Part shown: positions 8,901 to 23,900 of the stretch, piece after piece
How positions within the stretch are numbered: position 1 is the stretch's first letter
Layout of the letters: each line of letters opens with the position of its first letter
Assembly: GCA_965655095.1 (NCBI GenBank)
Contig: OZ296657.1
Location: 63,736,001-63,800,000, forward strand
Direction of reading: 5' to 3'
DNA length: 64,000 nucleotides
DNA from: Haplodiscus bocki
Lineage: Eukaryota
Position numbers and translations under genes: made by a program
The notes under the pieces: generated by a model
Seen by the model: the letters and a program-made list of their open reading frames with translations, nothing else
Told to the model about the DNA's origin: nothing
Database searches by the model: none

Positions 8901-11900
8901 TCGCATTGCACAGAGATAATTAGTCTCATTTCTTTGACTCGTTTTTCATAGCGTCATGTATTGTGATAAGCCATGGAGCCAAACCGTTCAAGGTTTGAAG
9001 ATGGTTGTACAGAATGGAGGCTTAGGTGGTTGTGCACTTTTGTTTCCGGTAGAGTGAAACGCAATATACTCAGACAGGTTGCGGCTTCATCTGCTCATGG
9101 GATGAGTGCCCTACAGAGTAGAAGTTTATGAAGTTTTACTTCTTGCTGAAAATCAAGAAACAAAAGTACCAAAATTAAGTAAGTTTCAAAAGAGTACATA
9201 ACGGTTGCCCCGGCAATCAATAGAAGCGAAACAACTGAAACAAATAGCTACATTGAAAAAAAAACTACAGCTCAACACAATTGATGGAACTCCTCCATCA
9301 CTCTGGGCAAACAAAGTTCATTCAACTTTTCAACTGTAGCATTTGTTTCGTTCACTCGTTTGTTTTTAAAAAGTTTGTTGTTATAATGCTTTTCTTCACA
9401 GATTGGTGGTTGGTGGGCAAATTGACGTTTGGCAGTTTTCGCTGGTACATCGGTTGACTACATCATAACAGACATAGTCGTTTACTTCTCCGCTGTACAG
9501 CATTTTGCTATTAACTTTGAACGTAGAAAACATCTTTCAGTCAGTACCGGATCTGAAAAGCCCTCCAACAATCAGATTTCTAAGAAAAAATTTTGAACCG
9601 TGTCAGATTTTGATTCGAAAATTTTACAACAAATCAGTTTTTGAACAAGAAATTTTTCTCAAAAAAATTAGATTTTTAGTAGAAATCTTTTGAGAAGTTA
9701 GCTTTTGAAGAAAAGTTTATATCTAAATACGATCATTTTGACTCAATTTACTCCGTAAAAACGACCCTTTTGCACTTTCCGTGCTTTGTTACAAGGCATG
9801 ATTTCCAATGAAATTTTCACGAAAAATCAGATTCAAAAAATTTACATTGTTTCACAAAAATGAATGAGAATTTTTCATCGTGTAAGACTTTGAATTAGAA
9901 ATTTTCCAGTGTTTAAGCTTTTCGTACAGAATTTAATCGACGCGGCCGATTCTGAACTGCAAAAATGTCATCGCCGCAGATGTTGATTCGGAACTTTTTC
10001 AACGTGCCAGAATTTGAGTCTACTTCTTCTGCAGTTTGCCAAACTTTCATGCGTTTTACAAATTAGGATAGGTTTCAACAACGTTTTGATAGTATGCTGT
10101 GGGTTCGATTGGACGAGGTATTGTGTTCGGATAGTTTCCGACTCTCCCAACGGTGTTTAACGTGTTAGGACAATCTAAAACAGGCCTTTTGATACGAGTG
10201 TGTTCACTCTAAATAGATATGGATCGCTATGCGCAAATGTTTTACCAGAGACTATAGGTTTCGCATTGCACAGAGATAATTAGTCTCATTTCTTTGACTC
10301 GTTTTTCATAGCGTCATGTATTGTGATAAGCCATGGAGCCAAACCGTTCAAGGTTTGAAGATGGTTGTACAGAATGGAGGCTTAGGTGGTTGTGCACTTT
10401 TGTTTCCGGTAGAGTGAAACGCAATATACTCAGACAGGTTGCGGCTTCAGCTGCTCATGGGATGAGAGCCCTACAGAGTAGAAGTCTATGAAGTTTTACT
10501 TCTTGCTGAAAATCAAGAAACAAAAGTACCAAAATTAAGTAAGTTTCAAAAGAGTACATAACGGTTGCCCCGGCAATCAATAGAAGCGAAACAGCTGAAA
10601 CAAATAGCTACATTGAAAAAAAACTACAGCTCAACACAATTGATGGAACTCCTCCATCACTCTGGGCAAACAAAGGTCATTCAACTTTTCAACTGTAGCA
10701 TTTGTTTCGTTCACTTGTTTGTTTTTAAAAAGTTTGTTGTTATAATGCTTTTCTTCAGAGACTGGTGGTTGGTGGGCAAATTGACGTTTGGCAGTTTTCG
10801 CTGGTACATCGGTCGACTACATCATAACAGACATAGTCGTTTAATTCTCCGCTGTACAGCATTTTGGTATTAACTTTGAACGTAGAAAACATCTTTCAGT
10901 CATTACCGGATCTGAAAAACCCTCCAAAAATCAGATTTGTAAGAAAAAATTTTGAACCGTGTCAGATTTTGATTCGAAAATTTTACAACAAATCAGTTTT
11001 TGAACAAGAAATTTTTCTCAAAAAAAAATAGATTTTTAGTAGAAATCTTTTGAGAAGTTAGCTTTTGAAGAAAAGTTTATATCTAAATACGATCATTTTG
11101 ACTCAATTTACTCCGTAAAATTGACCCTTTTGCACTTTCCGTGCTTTGTTACAAGGCATGATTTCCAATGAAATTTTCACTAAAAATTAGATTCAAAAAA
11201 ATTACATTGTTTCATAAATTTGAATGAGAATTTTTCATCGTGTAAGACTTTGAATTAGAATTTTTCCAGTGTTTAAGCTTTTCGAACAGAATTTAATCGA
11301 CGCGGCAGATTCTGAATTGCAAAAATGTCATCGCGGCAGATGTTAATTCGGAACTTTTTCAACGTGCCAAAAATTGAGTTTACTTCTTCTGCAGTTTGCC
11401 AAACTTTCATCCGTTTTTCAAATTAGGATAGGCTTCAACAACGTTTTTATAGTATGCTGTGGGTTCGATTGGACGAGGTATTGTGTTCGGATAGTTTTTG
11501 TTTCTCCCAACGGTGTTTAACGTGTTAGGACAATCTAAGACAGGCCATCTGATACGAGTGTGTTCACTATATTTGGATATGGATTGGTCTGCGCAAGTGT
11601 CCTACCACAGGCTACAGTGTTCGCAATGCACAGACTTGAATAGTGTCTTTTTTTACGAATCGTTTATGATAGCGTCATTTATTATGATAAGCATAGAGCC
11701 AAACTGTTCAAGGTTTGAAGTTGGTTATAGAGAATGGAGGCTTAGGATGTTGCGCACTTTTAATTTACGGTGAAGTGAACTCCTGCATATTACTCAGACA
11801 GCTTGCGGCCTCAGCTGCTTATGGGAGGAGTACCCTACAGAGTAGAAGTTTATGAAGTTTTACTTCTTGCTGAAAATCAACAAACAAAAGTACCAAAAAT

Positions 11901-14900
11901 AAGTAAGTTTCAAAAGAGTACATAACGGTTGCCCCGGCAATCAATAGAAGCAATATAACGGAACCAATTAGCTACAATGAAAAAAACTACAGCTCAACAC
12001 AATTGATGGAACTCCTCCAACACTCTGGGCAAACGAAGGTCATTCCACTGTTCAACTGTAGCAATTGTTTCGTTCACTCGTTTGTTTTTAAAAAGTTTGT
12101 TGTTATAATGCTTTTCTTCCCAGATTGGTGGGCAAATTGACGTTTGGCAGTTTTCGCTGGTACATCTGTCGACTAAGTTATAACAGACATAGTCGTTTAT
12201 TTCTCCACTGTACAGCATTTTGGTATTAACTTTGACCGTAGAAAAGATCACTCAGCCAGTACCGGATCTAGAAAACCCTTTAAACGACAGATATGTTGGA
12301 ACAAGTTTTGAACCGTGTCGGAATTTGATATTAAAAATTTACAACTTATCAATTTTGAACAAGAGATTTTTCTCAAAAAATCAAATTTTGAGTAAATCGT
12401 TTTATAAATCACTTTTCGAAGAAAAGTTCAAATCTAATAACGATCGTTTTGACTCAATTCACTCCGTAAAAACGACAACTTTGCAAATTCCGTGCTTTGT
12501 TACAAGGCATGATTTCCAATGAAATTTTCACGAAAAATCAGATTCAAAAAATTTACATTGTTTCACAAAATTGAATGAGAATTTTTCATCGTGTAAGACT
12601 TTGAATTAGAAATTTTCCAGTGTTTAAGCTTTTCGTACAGAATTTAATCGACGCGGCCGATTCTGAACTGCAAAAATGTCATCGCCGCAGATGTTGATTC
12701 GGAACTTTTTCAACATGCCAGAATTTGAGTCTACTTCTTCTGCAGTTTGCCAAACTTTCATCAGTTTTTCAAATTAGGATAGGTTTCAACAACGTTTTTA
12801 TAGTATGCTGTGGGTTCGATTGGACGAGGTATTGTGTTCGGATAGTTTCCGACTCTCCCAATGGTGTTTGGCGTGTTAGGACAATCTAAGACAGGCCTTT
12901 TGATACGAGTGTGTTCACTATAAATAGATATGGATTGCTATGCGCAAATGTTTTACCAGAGAATACAGGGTTCGCAATGCACAGAGATAATCAGCCTCGT
13001 TTTTTGACTTGTTTATGAAAGCGTCGTGTTTTATGATAAGCCAGAGAGCCAAACTGTTCAAGGTTTGAAGTTGGTTGTAGAGAATGGAGGCTTAGGTGGT
13101 TGTGCACTTATGTTTTAAGGTAGAGTGAATTCCTGTAATTTACTCAGACAGGTTGCGGCCTCAGCTGCTTATGGGATGAGTGTCCTACAGAGTAGAAGTT
13201 TATGAAGTTTTACTTCTTGCTGAAAATCAACAAACAAAAGTACCAAAATTAAGTAAGTTTCAAAAGAGTACATAACGGTTGCCCCGGCAATCAATAGAAG
13301 CGAAACAACTGAAACAAATAGCTACATTGAAAAAAACTGCAGCTCAACACAATTGATATAACTCCTCCATCACTCTGGGCAAACGAAGGTCATTCCACTG
13401 TTCAACTGTAGCAATTGTTTCGTTCACTCGTTTGTTTTTAAAAAGTTTGATGTTAAAATGCTTTTCTTCCCAGATTGGTGGGCAAATTGACGTTTGGCAG
13501 TTTTCGCTGGTACATCGGTCGACTAAGTCATAACAGACATAGTCGTTTATTTCTCCGCTGTACAGCATTTTGGTATTAACTTTGAACGTAGAAAAGATCT
13601 TTCAATCAGTACCGGATCTGAAAAACCCTTCAAAAATCAGATTTGTAAGAAAAATTTTTGAACCGTGTCAGATTTTGATTCGAAAATTTTACAACAAATC
13701 AGTTTTTGAACAAGAAATTTTTCTCAAAAAAATAGATTTTTAGTAAAAATCTGTTGAGAAGTTAGCTTTTGAAGAAAAGTTTATATCTAAAAACGATCAT
13801 TTTGACTCAATTTACTCCGTAAAAACGACCCTTTTGCACTTTCCGTGCATTGTTACAAGGCATGATTTCCAATGAAATTTTCACGAAAAATCAGATTCAA
13901 AAAATTTACATTGTTTCACAAAATTGAATGAGAATTTTTCATCGTGTAAGACTTTGAATTAGAAATTTTCCAGTGTTTAAGCTTTTCGTACAGAATTTAA
14001 TCGACGCGGCCGATTCTGAACTGCAAAAATGTCATCGCCGCAGATGTTGATTCGGAACTTTTTCAACATGCCAGAATTTGAGTCTACTTCTTCTGCAGTT
14101 TGCCAAACTTTCATCAGTTTTTCAAATTAGGATAGGTTTCAACAACGTTTTTATAGTATGCTGTGGGTTCGATTGGACGAAGTATTGTGTTCGGATAGTT
14201 TCCGACTCTCCCAACGGTGTTTGGCGTGTTAGGACAATCTAAGACAGGCCTTTTGATACGAGTGTGTTCACTATAAATAGATATGGATTGCTATGCGCAA
14301 ATGTTTTACCAGAGAATACAGGGTTCGCAATGCACAGAGATAATCAGCCTCGTTTTTTGACTTGTTTATGAAAGCGTCGTGTTTTATGATAAGCCAGAGA
14401 GCCAAACTGTTCAAGGTTTGAAGTTGGTTGTAGAGAATGGAGGCTTAGGTGGTTGTGCACTTATGTTTTAAGGTAGAGTGAATTCCTGTAATTTACTCAG
14501 ACAGGTTGCGGCCTCAGCTGCTTATGGGATGAATGTCCTACAGAGTAGAAGTTTATGAAGTTTTACTTCTTGCTGAAAATCAACAAACAAAAGTACCAAA
14601 ATTAAGTAAGTTTCAAAAGAGTACATAACGGTTGCCCCGGCAATCAATAGAAGCGAAACAACTGAAACAAATAGCTACATTGAAAAAAACTGCAGCTCAA
14701 CACAATTGATATAACTCCTCCATCACTCTGGGCAAACGAAGGTCATTCCACTGTTCAACTGTAGCAATTGTTTCGTTCACTCGTTTGTTTTTAAAAAGTT
14801 TGATGTTAAAATGCTTTTCTTCCCAGATTGGTGGGCAAATTGACGTTTGGCAGTTTTCGCTGGTACATCGGTCGACTAAGTCATAACAGACATAGTCGTT

Positions 14901-17900
14901 TATTTCTCCGCTGTACAGCATTTTGGTATTAACTTTGAACGTAGAAAAGATCTTTCAATCAGTACCGGATCTGAAAAACCCTTCAAAAATCAGATTTGTA
15001 GGAAAAATTTTTGAACCGTGTCAGATTTTGATTCGAAAATTTTACAACAAATCAGTTTTGAACAAGAAATTTTTCTCAAAAAAATAGATTTTTAGTAAAA
15101 ATCTGTTGAGAAGTTAGCTTTTGAAGAAAAGTTTATATCTAAAAACGATCATTTTGACTCAATTTACTCCGTAAAAACGACCCTTTTGCACTTTCCGTGC
15201 TTTGTTACAAGGCATGATTTCCAATGAAATTTTCACGAAAAATCAGATTCAAAAAATTTACATTGTTTCACAAAATTGAATGAGAATTTTTCATCGTGTA
15301 AGACTTTGAATTAGAAATTTTCCAGTGTTTAAGCTTTTCGTACAGAATTTAATCGACGCGGCCGATTCTGAACTGCAAAAATGTCATCGCCGCAGATGTT
15401 GATTCGGAACTTTTTCAACATGCCAGAATTTGAGTCTACTTCTTCTGCAGTTTGCCAAACTTTCATCAGTTTTTCAAATTAGGATAGGTTTCAACAACGT
15501 TTTTATAGTATGCTGTGGGTTCGATTGGACGAGGTATTGTGTTCGGATAGTTTCCGACTCTCCCAACGGTGTTTGGCGTGTTATGACAATCTAAGACAGG
15601 CCTTTTGATACGAGTGTGTTCACTATAAATAGATATGGATTGCTATGCGCAAATGTTTTACCAGAGAATACAGGGTTCGCAATGCACAGAGATAATCAGC
15701 CTCGTTTTTTGACTTGTTTATGAAAGCGTCATGTATAGTGATAAGCCATGGAGCCAAACCGTTCAAGGTTTGAAGATGGTTGTACAGAATGGAGGCTTAG
15801 GTGGTTGTGCACTTTTGTTTCCGGTAGAGTGAAATGCAATTTACTCAGACAGGTTGCGGCCTCAGCTGCTTATGGGATGAGTACCCTACAGAGTACAATT
15901 TTATGTAGTTTTACTTCTTGCTGAAAAGCAACAAACAAAAGTACCAAAATTAAGTAAGTTTCAAAAGAGTACATAACGGTTGACCCGGCAATCAAAAGAA
16001 GCGAAAAAACTGAAACAAATAGCTACATTGAAAAAAAAAACTACAGCTCAACACAATTGATGGAACTCCACCATCACTCTGGCAACCAATAGTCACTTAA
16101 CTCTTCAACCGTAGCATTTGTTTCGCTCCCTCCTTTCTTGTAATAATGTTTGTTGTTATAGTGCTATTTTTCCCAGACTGGTGGGCAAACTGACGTTTGA
16201 CAGGTTTCGCTTGCACATCTGGCGACTAAATCCATAACAGACATAGTCGTTTATTTCTCCACTGTACAGCATTTTGGTATTAACTTTGATCGTAGCAAAG
16301 ATCACTCAGTCAGTACCGGATCTAAAAAACCTTTTAAAAGACAGACTTGTCGGAACAAATTTCGAACCGTGTCGGAATTTGATATTAAAAATTTACAACA
16401 CGTCATTTTTGAACAAGAAATTTTCCTCAAAAAGTCAGATTTTGAGTAAATCTCTCTTATAAAGTCACTTTTCGAAGAAAAATTCAAATCTAATAACGAT
16501 CGTTTTGACTCAATTCACTCCGTAAAAACGACAACTTTGCAAATTCCGTGCTTTGTTACAAGGCATGATTTCCAATGAAATTTTCACGAAAAATCAGATT
16601 CAAAAAATTTACATTGTTTCACAAAATTGAATGAGAATTTTTCATCGTGTAAGACTTTGAATTAGAAATTTTCCAGTGTTTAAGCTTTTCGTACAGAATT
16701 TAATCGACGCGGCCGATTCTGAACTGCAAAAATGTCATCGCCGCAGATGTTGATTCGGAACTTTTTCAACATGCCAGAATTTGAGTCTACTTCTTCTGCA
16801 GTTTGCCAAACTTTCATCAGTTTTTCAAATTAGGATAGGTTTCAACAACGTTTTTATAGTATGCTGTGGGTTCGATTGGACGAGGTATTGTGTTCGGATA
16901 GTTTCCGACTCTCCCAACGGTGTTTGGCGTGTTAGGACAATCTAAGACAGGCCTTTTGATACGAGTGTGTTCACTATAAATAGATATGGATTGCTATGCG
17001 CAAATGTTTTACCAGAGAATACAGGGTTCGCAATGCACAGAGATAATCAGCCTCGTTTTTTGACTTGTTTATGAAAGCGTCATGTATAGTGATAAGCCAT
17101 GGAGCCAAACCGTTCAAGGTTTGAAGATGGTTGTACACAATGGAGGCTTAGGTGGTTGTGCACTTTTGTTTCCGGTAGAGTGAAATGCAATTTACTCAGA
17201 CAGGTTGCGGCCTCAGCTGCTTATGGGATGAGTACCCTACAGAGTAGAATTTTATGTAGTTTTAATTCTTGCTGAAAAGCAACAAACAAAAGTACCAAAA
17301 TTAAGTAAGTTTCAAAAGAGTACATAACGGTTGACCCGGCAATCAATAGAAGCGAAAAAACTGAAACAAATAGCTACATTGAAAAAAAAACTACAGCTCA
17401 ACACAATTGATGGAACTCCACCATCACTCTGGCAACCAATAGTCACTTAACTCTTCAACCGTAGCATTTGTTTCGCTCCCTCCTTTCTTGTAATAATGTT
17501 TGTTGTTATAGTGCTATTTTTCCCAGACTGGTGGGCAAACTGACGTTTGACAGGTTTCGCTTGCACATCTGGCGACTAAATCCATAACAGACATAGTCGT
17601 TTATTTCTCCACTGTACAGCATTTTGGTATTAACTTTGACCGTAGCAAAGATCACTCAGTCAGTACCGGATCTAAAAAACCTTTTAAAAGACAGACTTGT
17701 CGGAACAAATTTCGAACCGTGTCGGAATTTGATATTAAAAATTTACAACACGTCATTTTTGAACAAGAAATTTTCCTCAAAAAGTCAGATTTTGAGTAAA
17801 TCTCTCTTATAAAGTCACTTTTCGAAGAAAAATTCAAATCTAATAACGATCGTTTTGACTCAATTCACTCCGTAAAAACGACAACTTTGCAAATTCCGTG

Positions 17901-20900
17901 CTTTGTTACAAGGCATGATTTCCAATGAAATTTTCACGAAAAATCAGATTCAAAAAATTTACATTGTTTCACAAAATTGAATGAGAATTTTTCATCGTGT
18001 AAGACTTTGAATTAGAAATTTTCCAGTGTTTAAGCTTTTCGTACAGAATTTAATCGACGCGGCCGATTCTGAACTGCAAAAATGTCATCGCCGCAGATGT
18101 TGATTCGGAACTTTTTCAACATGCCAGAATTTGAGTCTACTTCTTCTGCAGTTTGCCAAACTTTCATCAGTTTTTCAAATTAGGATAGGTTTCAACAACG
18201 TTTTTATAGTATGCTGTGGGTTCGATTGGACGAGGTATTGTGTTCGGATAGTTTCCGAATCTCCCAACGGTGTTTGGCGTGTTAGGACAATCTAAGACAG
18301 GCCTTTTGATACGAGTGTGTTCACTATAAATAGATATGGATTGCTATGCGCAAATGTTTTACCAGAGAATACAGGGTTCGCAATGCACAGAGATAATCAG
18401 CCTCGTTTTTTGACTTGTTTATGAAAGCGTCATGTATAGTGATAAGCCATGGAGCCAAACCGTTCAAGGTTTGAAGATGGTTGTACAGAATGGAGGCTTA
18501 GGTGGTTGTGCACTTTTGTTTCCGGTAGAGTGAAATGCAATTTACTCAGACAGGTTGCGGCCTCAGCTGCTTATGGGATGAGTACCCTACAGAGTAGAAT
18601 TTTATGTAGTTTTACTTCTTGCTGAAAAGCAACAAACAAAAGTACCAAAATTAAGTAAGTTTCAAAAGAGTACATAACGGTTGACCCGGCAATCAATAGA
18701 AGCGAAAAAACTGAAACAAATAGCTACATTGAAAAAAAAACTACAGCTCAACACAATTGATGGAACTCCACCATCACTCTGGCAACCAATAGTCACTTAA
18801 CTCTTCAACCGTAGCATTTGTTTCGCTCCCTCCTTTCTTGTAATAATGTTTGTTGTTATAGTGCTATTTTTCCCAGACTGGTGGGCAAACTGACGTTTGA
18901 CAGGTTTCGCTTGCACATCTGGCGACTAAATCCATAACAGACATAGTCGTTTATTTCTCCACTGTACAGCATTTTGGTATTAACTTTGACCGTAGCAAAG
19001 ATCACTCAGTCAGTACCGGATCTAAAAAACCTTTTAAAAGACAGACTTGTCGGAACAAATTTCGAACCGTGTCGGAATTTGATATTAAAAATTTACAACA
19101 CGTCATTTTTGAACAAGAAATTTTCCTCAAAAAGTCAGATTTTGAGTAAATCTCTCTTATAAAGTCACTTTTCGAAGAAAAATTCAAATCTAATAACGAT
19201 CGTTTTGACTCAATTCACTCCGTAAAAACGACAACTTTGCAAATTCCGTGCTTTGTTACAAGGCATGATTTCCAATGAAATTTTCACGAAAAATCAGATT
19301 CAAAAAATTTACATTGTTTCACAAAATTGAATGAGAATTTTTCATCGTGTAAGACTTTGAATTAGAAATTTTCCAGTGTTTAAGCTTTTCGTACAGAATT
19401 TAATCGACGCGGCCGATTCTGAACTGCAAAAATGTCATCGCCGCAGATGTTGATTCGGAACTTTTTCAACATGCCAGAATTTGAGTCTACTTCTTCTGCA
19501 GTTTGCCAAACTTTCATCAGTTTTTCAAATTAGGATAGGTTTCAACAACGTTTTTATAGTATGCTGTGGGTTCGATTGGACGAGGTATTGTGTTCGGATA
19601 GTTTCCGACTCTCCCAACGGTGTTTGGCGTGTTAGGACAATCTAAGACAGGCCTTTTGATACGAGTGTGTTCACTATAAATAGATATGGATTGCTATGCG
19701 CAAATGTTTTACCAGAGAATACAGGGTTCGCAATGCACAGAGATAATCAGCCTCGTTTTTTGACTTGTTTATGAAAGCGTCATGTATAGTGATAAGCCAT
19801 GGAGCCAAACCGTTCAAGGTTTGAAGATGGTTGTACAGAATGGAGGCTTAGGTGGTTGTGCACTTTTGTTTCCGGTAGAGTGAAATGCAATTTACTCAGA
19901 CAGGTTGCGGCCTCAGCTGCTTATGGGATGAATGTCCTACAGAGTAGAAGTTTATGAAGTTTTACTTCTTGCTGAAAATCAACAAACAAAAGTACCAAAA
20001 TTAAGTAAGTTTCAAAAGAGTACATAACGGTTGCCCCGGCAATCAATAGAAGCGAAACAACTGAAACAAATAGCTACATTGAAAAAAACTGCAGCTCAAC
20101 ACAATTGATATAACTCCTCCATCACTCTGGGCAAACGAAGGTCATTCCACTGTTCAACTGTAGCAATTGTTTCGTTCACTCGTTTGTTTTTAAAAAGTTT
20201 GATGTTAAAATGCTTTTCTTCCCAGATTGGTGGGCAAATTGACGTTTGGCAGTTTTCGCTGGTACATCGGTCGACTAAGTCATAACAGACATAGTCGTTT
20301 ATTTCTCCGCTGTACAGCATTTTGGTATTAACTTTGAACGTAGAAAAGATCTTTCAATCAGTACCGGATCTGAAAAACCCTTCAAAAATCAGATTTGTAA
20401 GAAAAATTTTTGAACCGTGTCAGATTTGGATTCGAAAATTTTACAACAAATCAGTTTTGAACAAGAAATTTTTCTCAAAAAAATAGATTTTTAGTAAAAA
20501 TCTGTTGAGAAGTTAGCTTTTGAAGAAAAGTTTATATCTAAAAACGATCATTTTGACTCAATTTACTCCGTAAAAACGACCCTTTTGCACTTTCCGTGCT
20601 TTGTTACAAGGCATGATTTCCAATGAAATTTTCACGAAAAATCAGATTCAAAAAATTTACATTGTTTCACAAAATTGAATGAGAATTTTTCATCGTGTAA
20701 GACTTTGAATTAGAAATTTTCCAGTGTTTAAGCTTTTCGTACAGAATTTAATCGACGCGGCCGATTCTGAACTGCAAAAATGTCATCGCCGCAGATGTTG
20801 ATTCGGAACTTTTTCAACATGCCAGAATTTGAGTCTACTTCTTCTGCAGTTTGCCAAACTTTCATCAGTTTTTCAAATTAGGATAGGTTTCAACAACGTT

Positions 20901-23900
20901 TTTATAGTATGCTGTGGGTTCGATTGGACGAAGTATTGTGTTCGGATAGTTTCCGACTCTCCCAACGGTGTTTGGCGTGTTAGGACAATCTAAGACAGGC
21001 CTTTTGATACGAGTGTGTTCACTATAAATAGATATGGATTGCTATGCGCAAATGTTTTACCAGAGAATACAGGGTTCGCAATGCACAGAGATAATCAGCC
21101 TCGTTTTTTGACTTGTTTATGAAAGCGTCATGTATAGTGATAAGCCATGGAGCCAAACCGTTCAAGGTTTGAAGATGGTTGTACACAATGGAGGCTTAGG
21201 TGGTTGTGCACTTTTGTTTCCGGTAGAGTGAAATGCAATTTACTCAGACAGGTTGCGGCCTCAGCTGCTTATGGGATGAGTACCCTACAGAGTAGAATTT
21301 TATGTAGTTTTACTTCTTGCTGAAAAGCAACAAACAAAAGTACCAAAATTAAGTAAGTTTCAAAAGAGTACATAACGGTTGACCCGGCAATCAATAGAAG
21401 CGAAAAAACTGAAACAAATAGCTACATTGAAAAAAAAACTACAGCTCAACACAATTGATGGAACTCCACCATCACTCTGGCAACCAATAGTCACTTAACT
21501 CTTCAACCGTAGCATTTGTTTCGCTCCCTCCTTTCTTGTAATAATGTTTGTTGTTATAGTGCTATTTTTCCCAGACTGGTGGGCAAACTGACGTTTGACA
21601 GGTTTCGCTTGCACATCTGGCGACTAAATCCATAACAGACATAGTCGTTTATTTCTCCACTGTACAGCATTTTGGTATTAACTTTGACCGTAGCAAAGAT
21701 CACTCAGTCAGTACCGGATCTAAAAAACCTTTTAAAAGACAGACTTGTCGGAACAAATTTCGAACCGTGTCGGAATTTGATATTAAAAATTTACAACACG
21801 TCATTTTTGAACAAGAAATTTTCCTCAAAAAGTCAGATTTTGAGTAAATCTCTCTTATAAAGTCACTTTTCGAAGAAAAATTCAAATCTAATAACGATCG
21901 TTTTGACTCAATTCACTCCGTAAAAACGACAACTTTGCAAATTCCGTGCTTTGTTACAAGGCATGATTTCCAATGAAATTTTCACGAAAAATCAGATTCA
22001 AAAAATTTACATTGTTTCACAAAATTGAATGAGAATTTTTCATCGTGTAAGACTTTGAATTAGAAATTTTCCAGTGTTTAAGCTTTTCGTACAGAATTTA
22101 ATCGACGCGGCCGATTCTGAACTGCAAAAATGTCATCGCCGCAGATGTTGATTCGGAACTTTTTCAACATGCCAGAATTTGAGTCTACTTCTTCTGCAGT
22201 TTGCCAAACTTTCATCAGTTTTTCAAACTAGGATAGGTTTCAACAACGTTTTTATAGTATGCTGTGGGTTCGATTGGACGAGGTATTGTGTTCGGATAGT
22301 TTCCGACTCTCCCAACGGTGTTTGGCGTGTTAGGACAATCTAAGACAGGCCTTTTGATACGAGTGTGTTCACTATAAATAGATATGGATTGCTATGCGCA
22401 AATGTTTTACCAGAGAATACAGGGTTCGCAATGCACAGAGATAATCAGCCTCGTTTTTTGACTTGTTTATGAAAGCGTCGTGTTTTATGATAAGCCAGAG
22501 AGCCAAACTGTTCAAGGTTTGAAGTTGGTTGTAGAGAATGGAGGCTTAGGTGGTTGTGCACTTATGTTTTAAGGTAGAGTGAATTCCTGTAATTTACTCA
22601 GACAGGTTGCGGCCTCAGCTGCTTATGGGATGAATGTCCTACAGAGTAGAAGTTTATGAAGTTTTACTTCTTGCTGAAAATCAACAAACAAAAGTACCAA
22701 AATTAAGTAAGTTTCAAAAGAGTACATAACGGTTGCCCCGGCAATCAATAGAAGCGAAACAACTGAAACAAATAGCTACATTGAAAAAAACTGCAGCTCA
22801 ACACAATTGATATAACTCCTCCATCACTCTGGGCAAACGAAGGTCATTCCACTGTTCAACTGTAGCAATTGTTTCGTTCACTCGTTTGTTTTTAAAAAGT
22901 TTGATGTTAAAATGCTTTTCTTCCCAGATTGGTGGGCAAATTGACGTTTGGCAGTTTTCGCTGGTACATCGGTCGACTAAGTCATAACAGACATAGTCGT
23001 TTATTTCTCCGCTGTACAGCATTTTGGTATTAACTTTGAACGTAGAAAAGATCTTTCAATCAGTACCGGATCTGAAAAACCCTTCAAAAATCAGATTTGT
23101 AAGAAAAATTTTTGAACCGTGTCAGATTTTGATTCGAAAATTTTACAACAAATCAGTTTTTGAACAAGAAATTTTTCTCAAAAAAATAGATTTTTAGTAA
23201 AAATCTGTTGAGAAGTTAGCTTTTGAAGAAAAGTTTATATCTAAAAACGATCATTTTGACTCAATTTACTCCGTAAAAACGACCCTTTTGCACTTTCCGT
23301 GCTTTGTTACAAGGCATGATTTCCAATGAAATTTTCACGAAAAATCAGATTCAAAAAATTTACATTGTTTCACAAAATTGAATGAGAATTTTTCATCGTG
23401 TAAGACTTTGAATTAGAAATTTTCCAGTGTTTAAGCTTTTCGTACAGAATTTAATCGACGCGGCCGATTCTGAACTGCAAAAATGTCATCGCCGCAGATG
23501 TTGATTCGGAACTTTTTCAACGTGCCAGAATTTGAGTCTACTTCTTCTGCAGTTTGCCAAACTTTCATGCGTTTTACAAATTAGGATAGGTTTCAACAAC
23601 GTTTTTATAGTATGCTGTGGGTTCGATTGGACGAGGTATTGTGTTCGGATAGTTTCCGACTCTCCCAACGGTGTTTAACGTGTTAGGACAATCTAAAACA
23701 GGCCTTTTGATACGAGTGTGTTCACTCTAAATAGATATGGATCGCTATGCGCAAATGTTTTACCAGAGACTATAGGTTTCGCATTGCACAGAGATAATTA
23801 GTCTCATTTCTTTGACTCGTTTTTCATAGCGTCATGTATTGTGATAAGCCATGGAGCCAAACCGTTCAAGGTTTGAAGATGGTTGTACAGAATGGAGGCT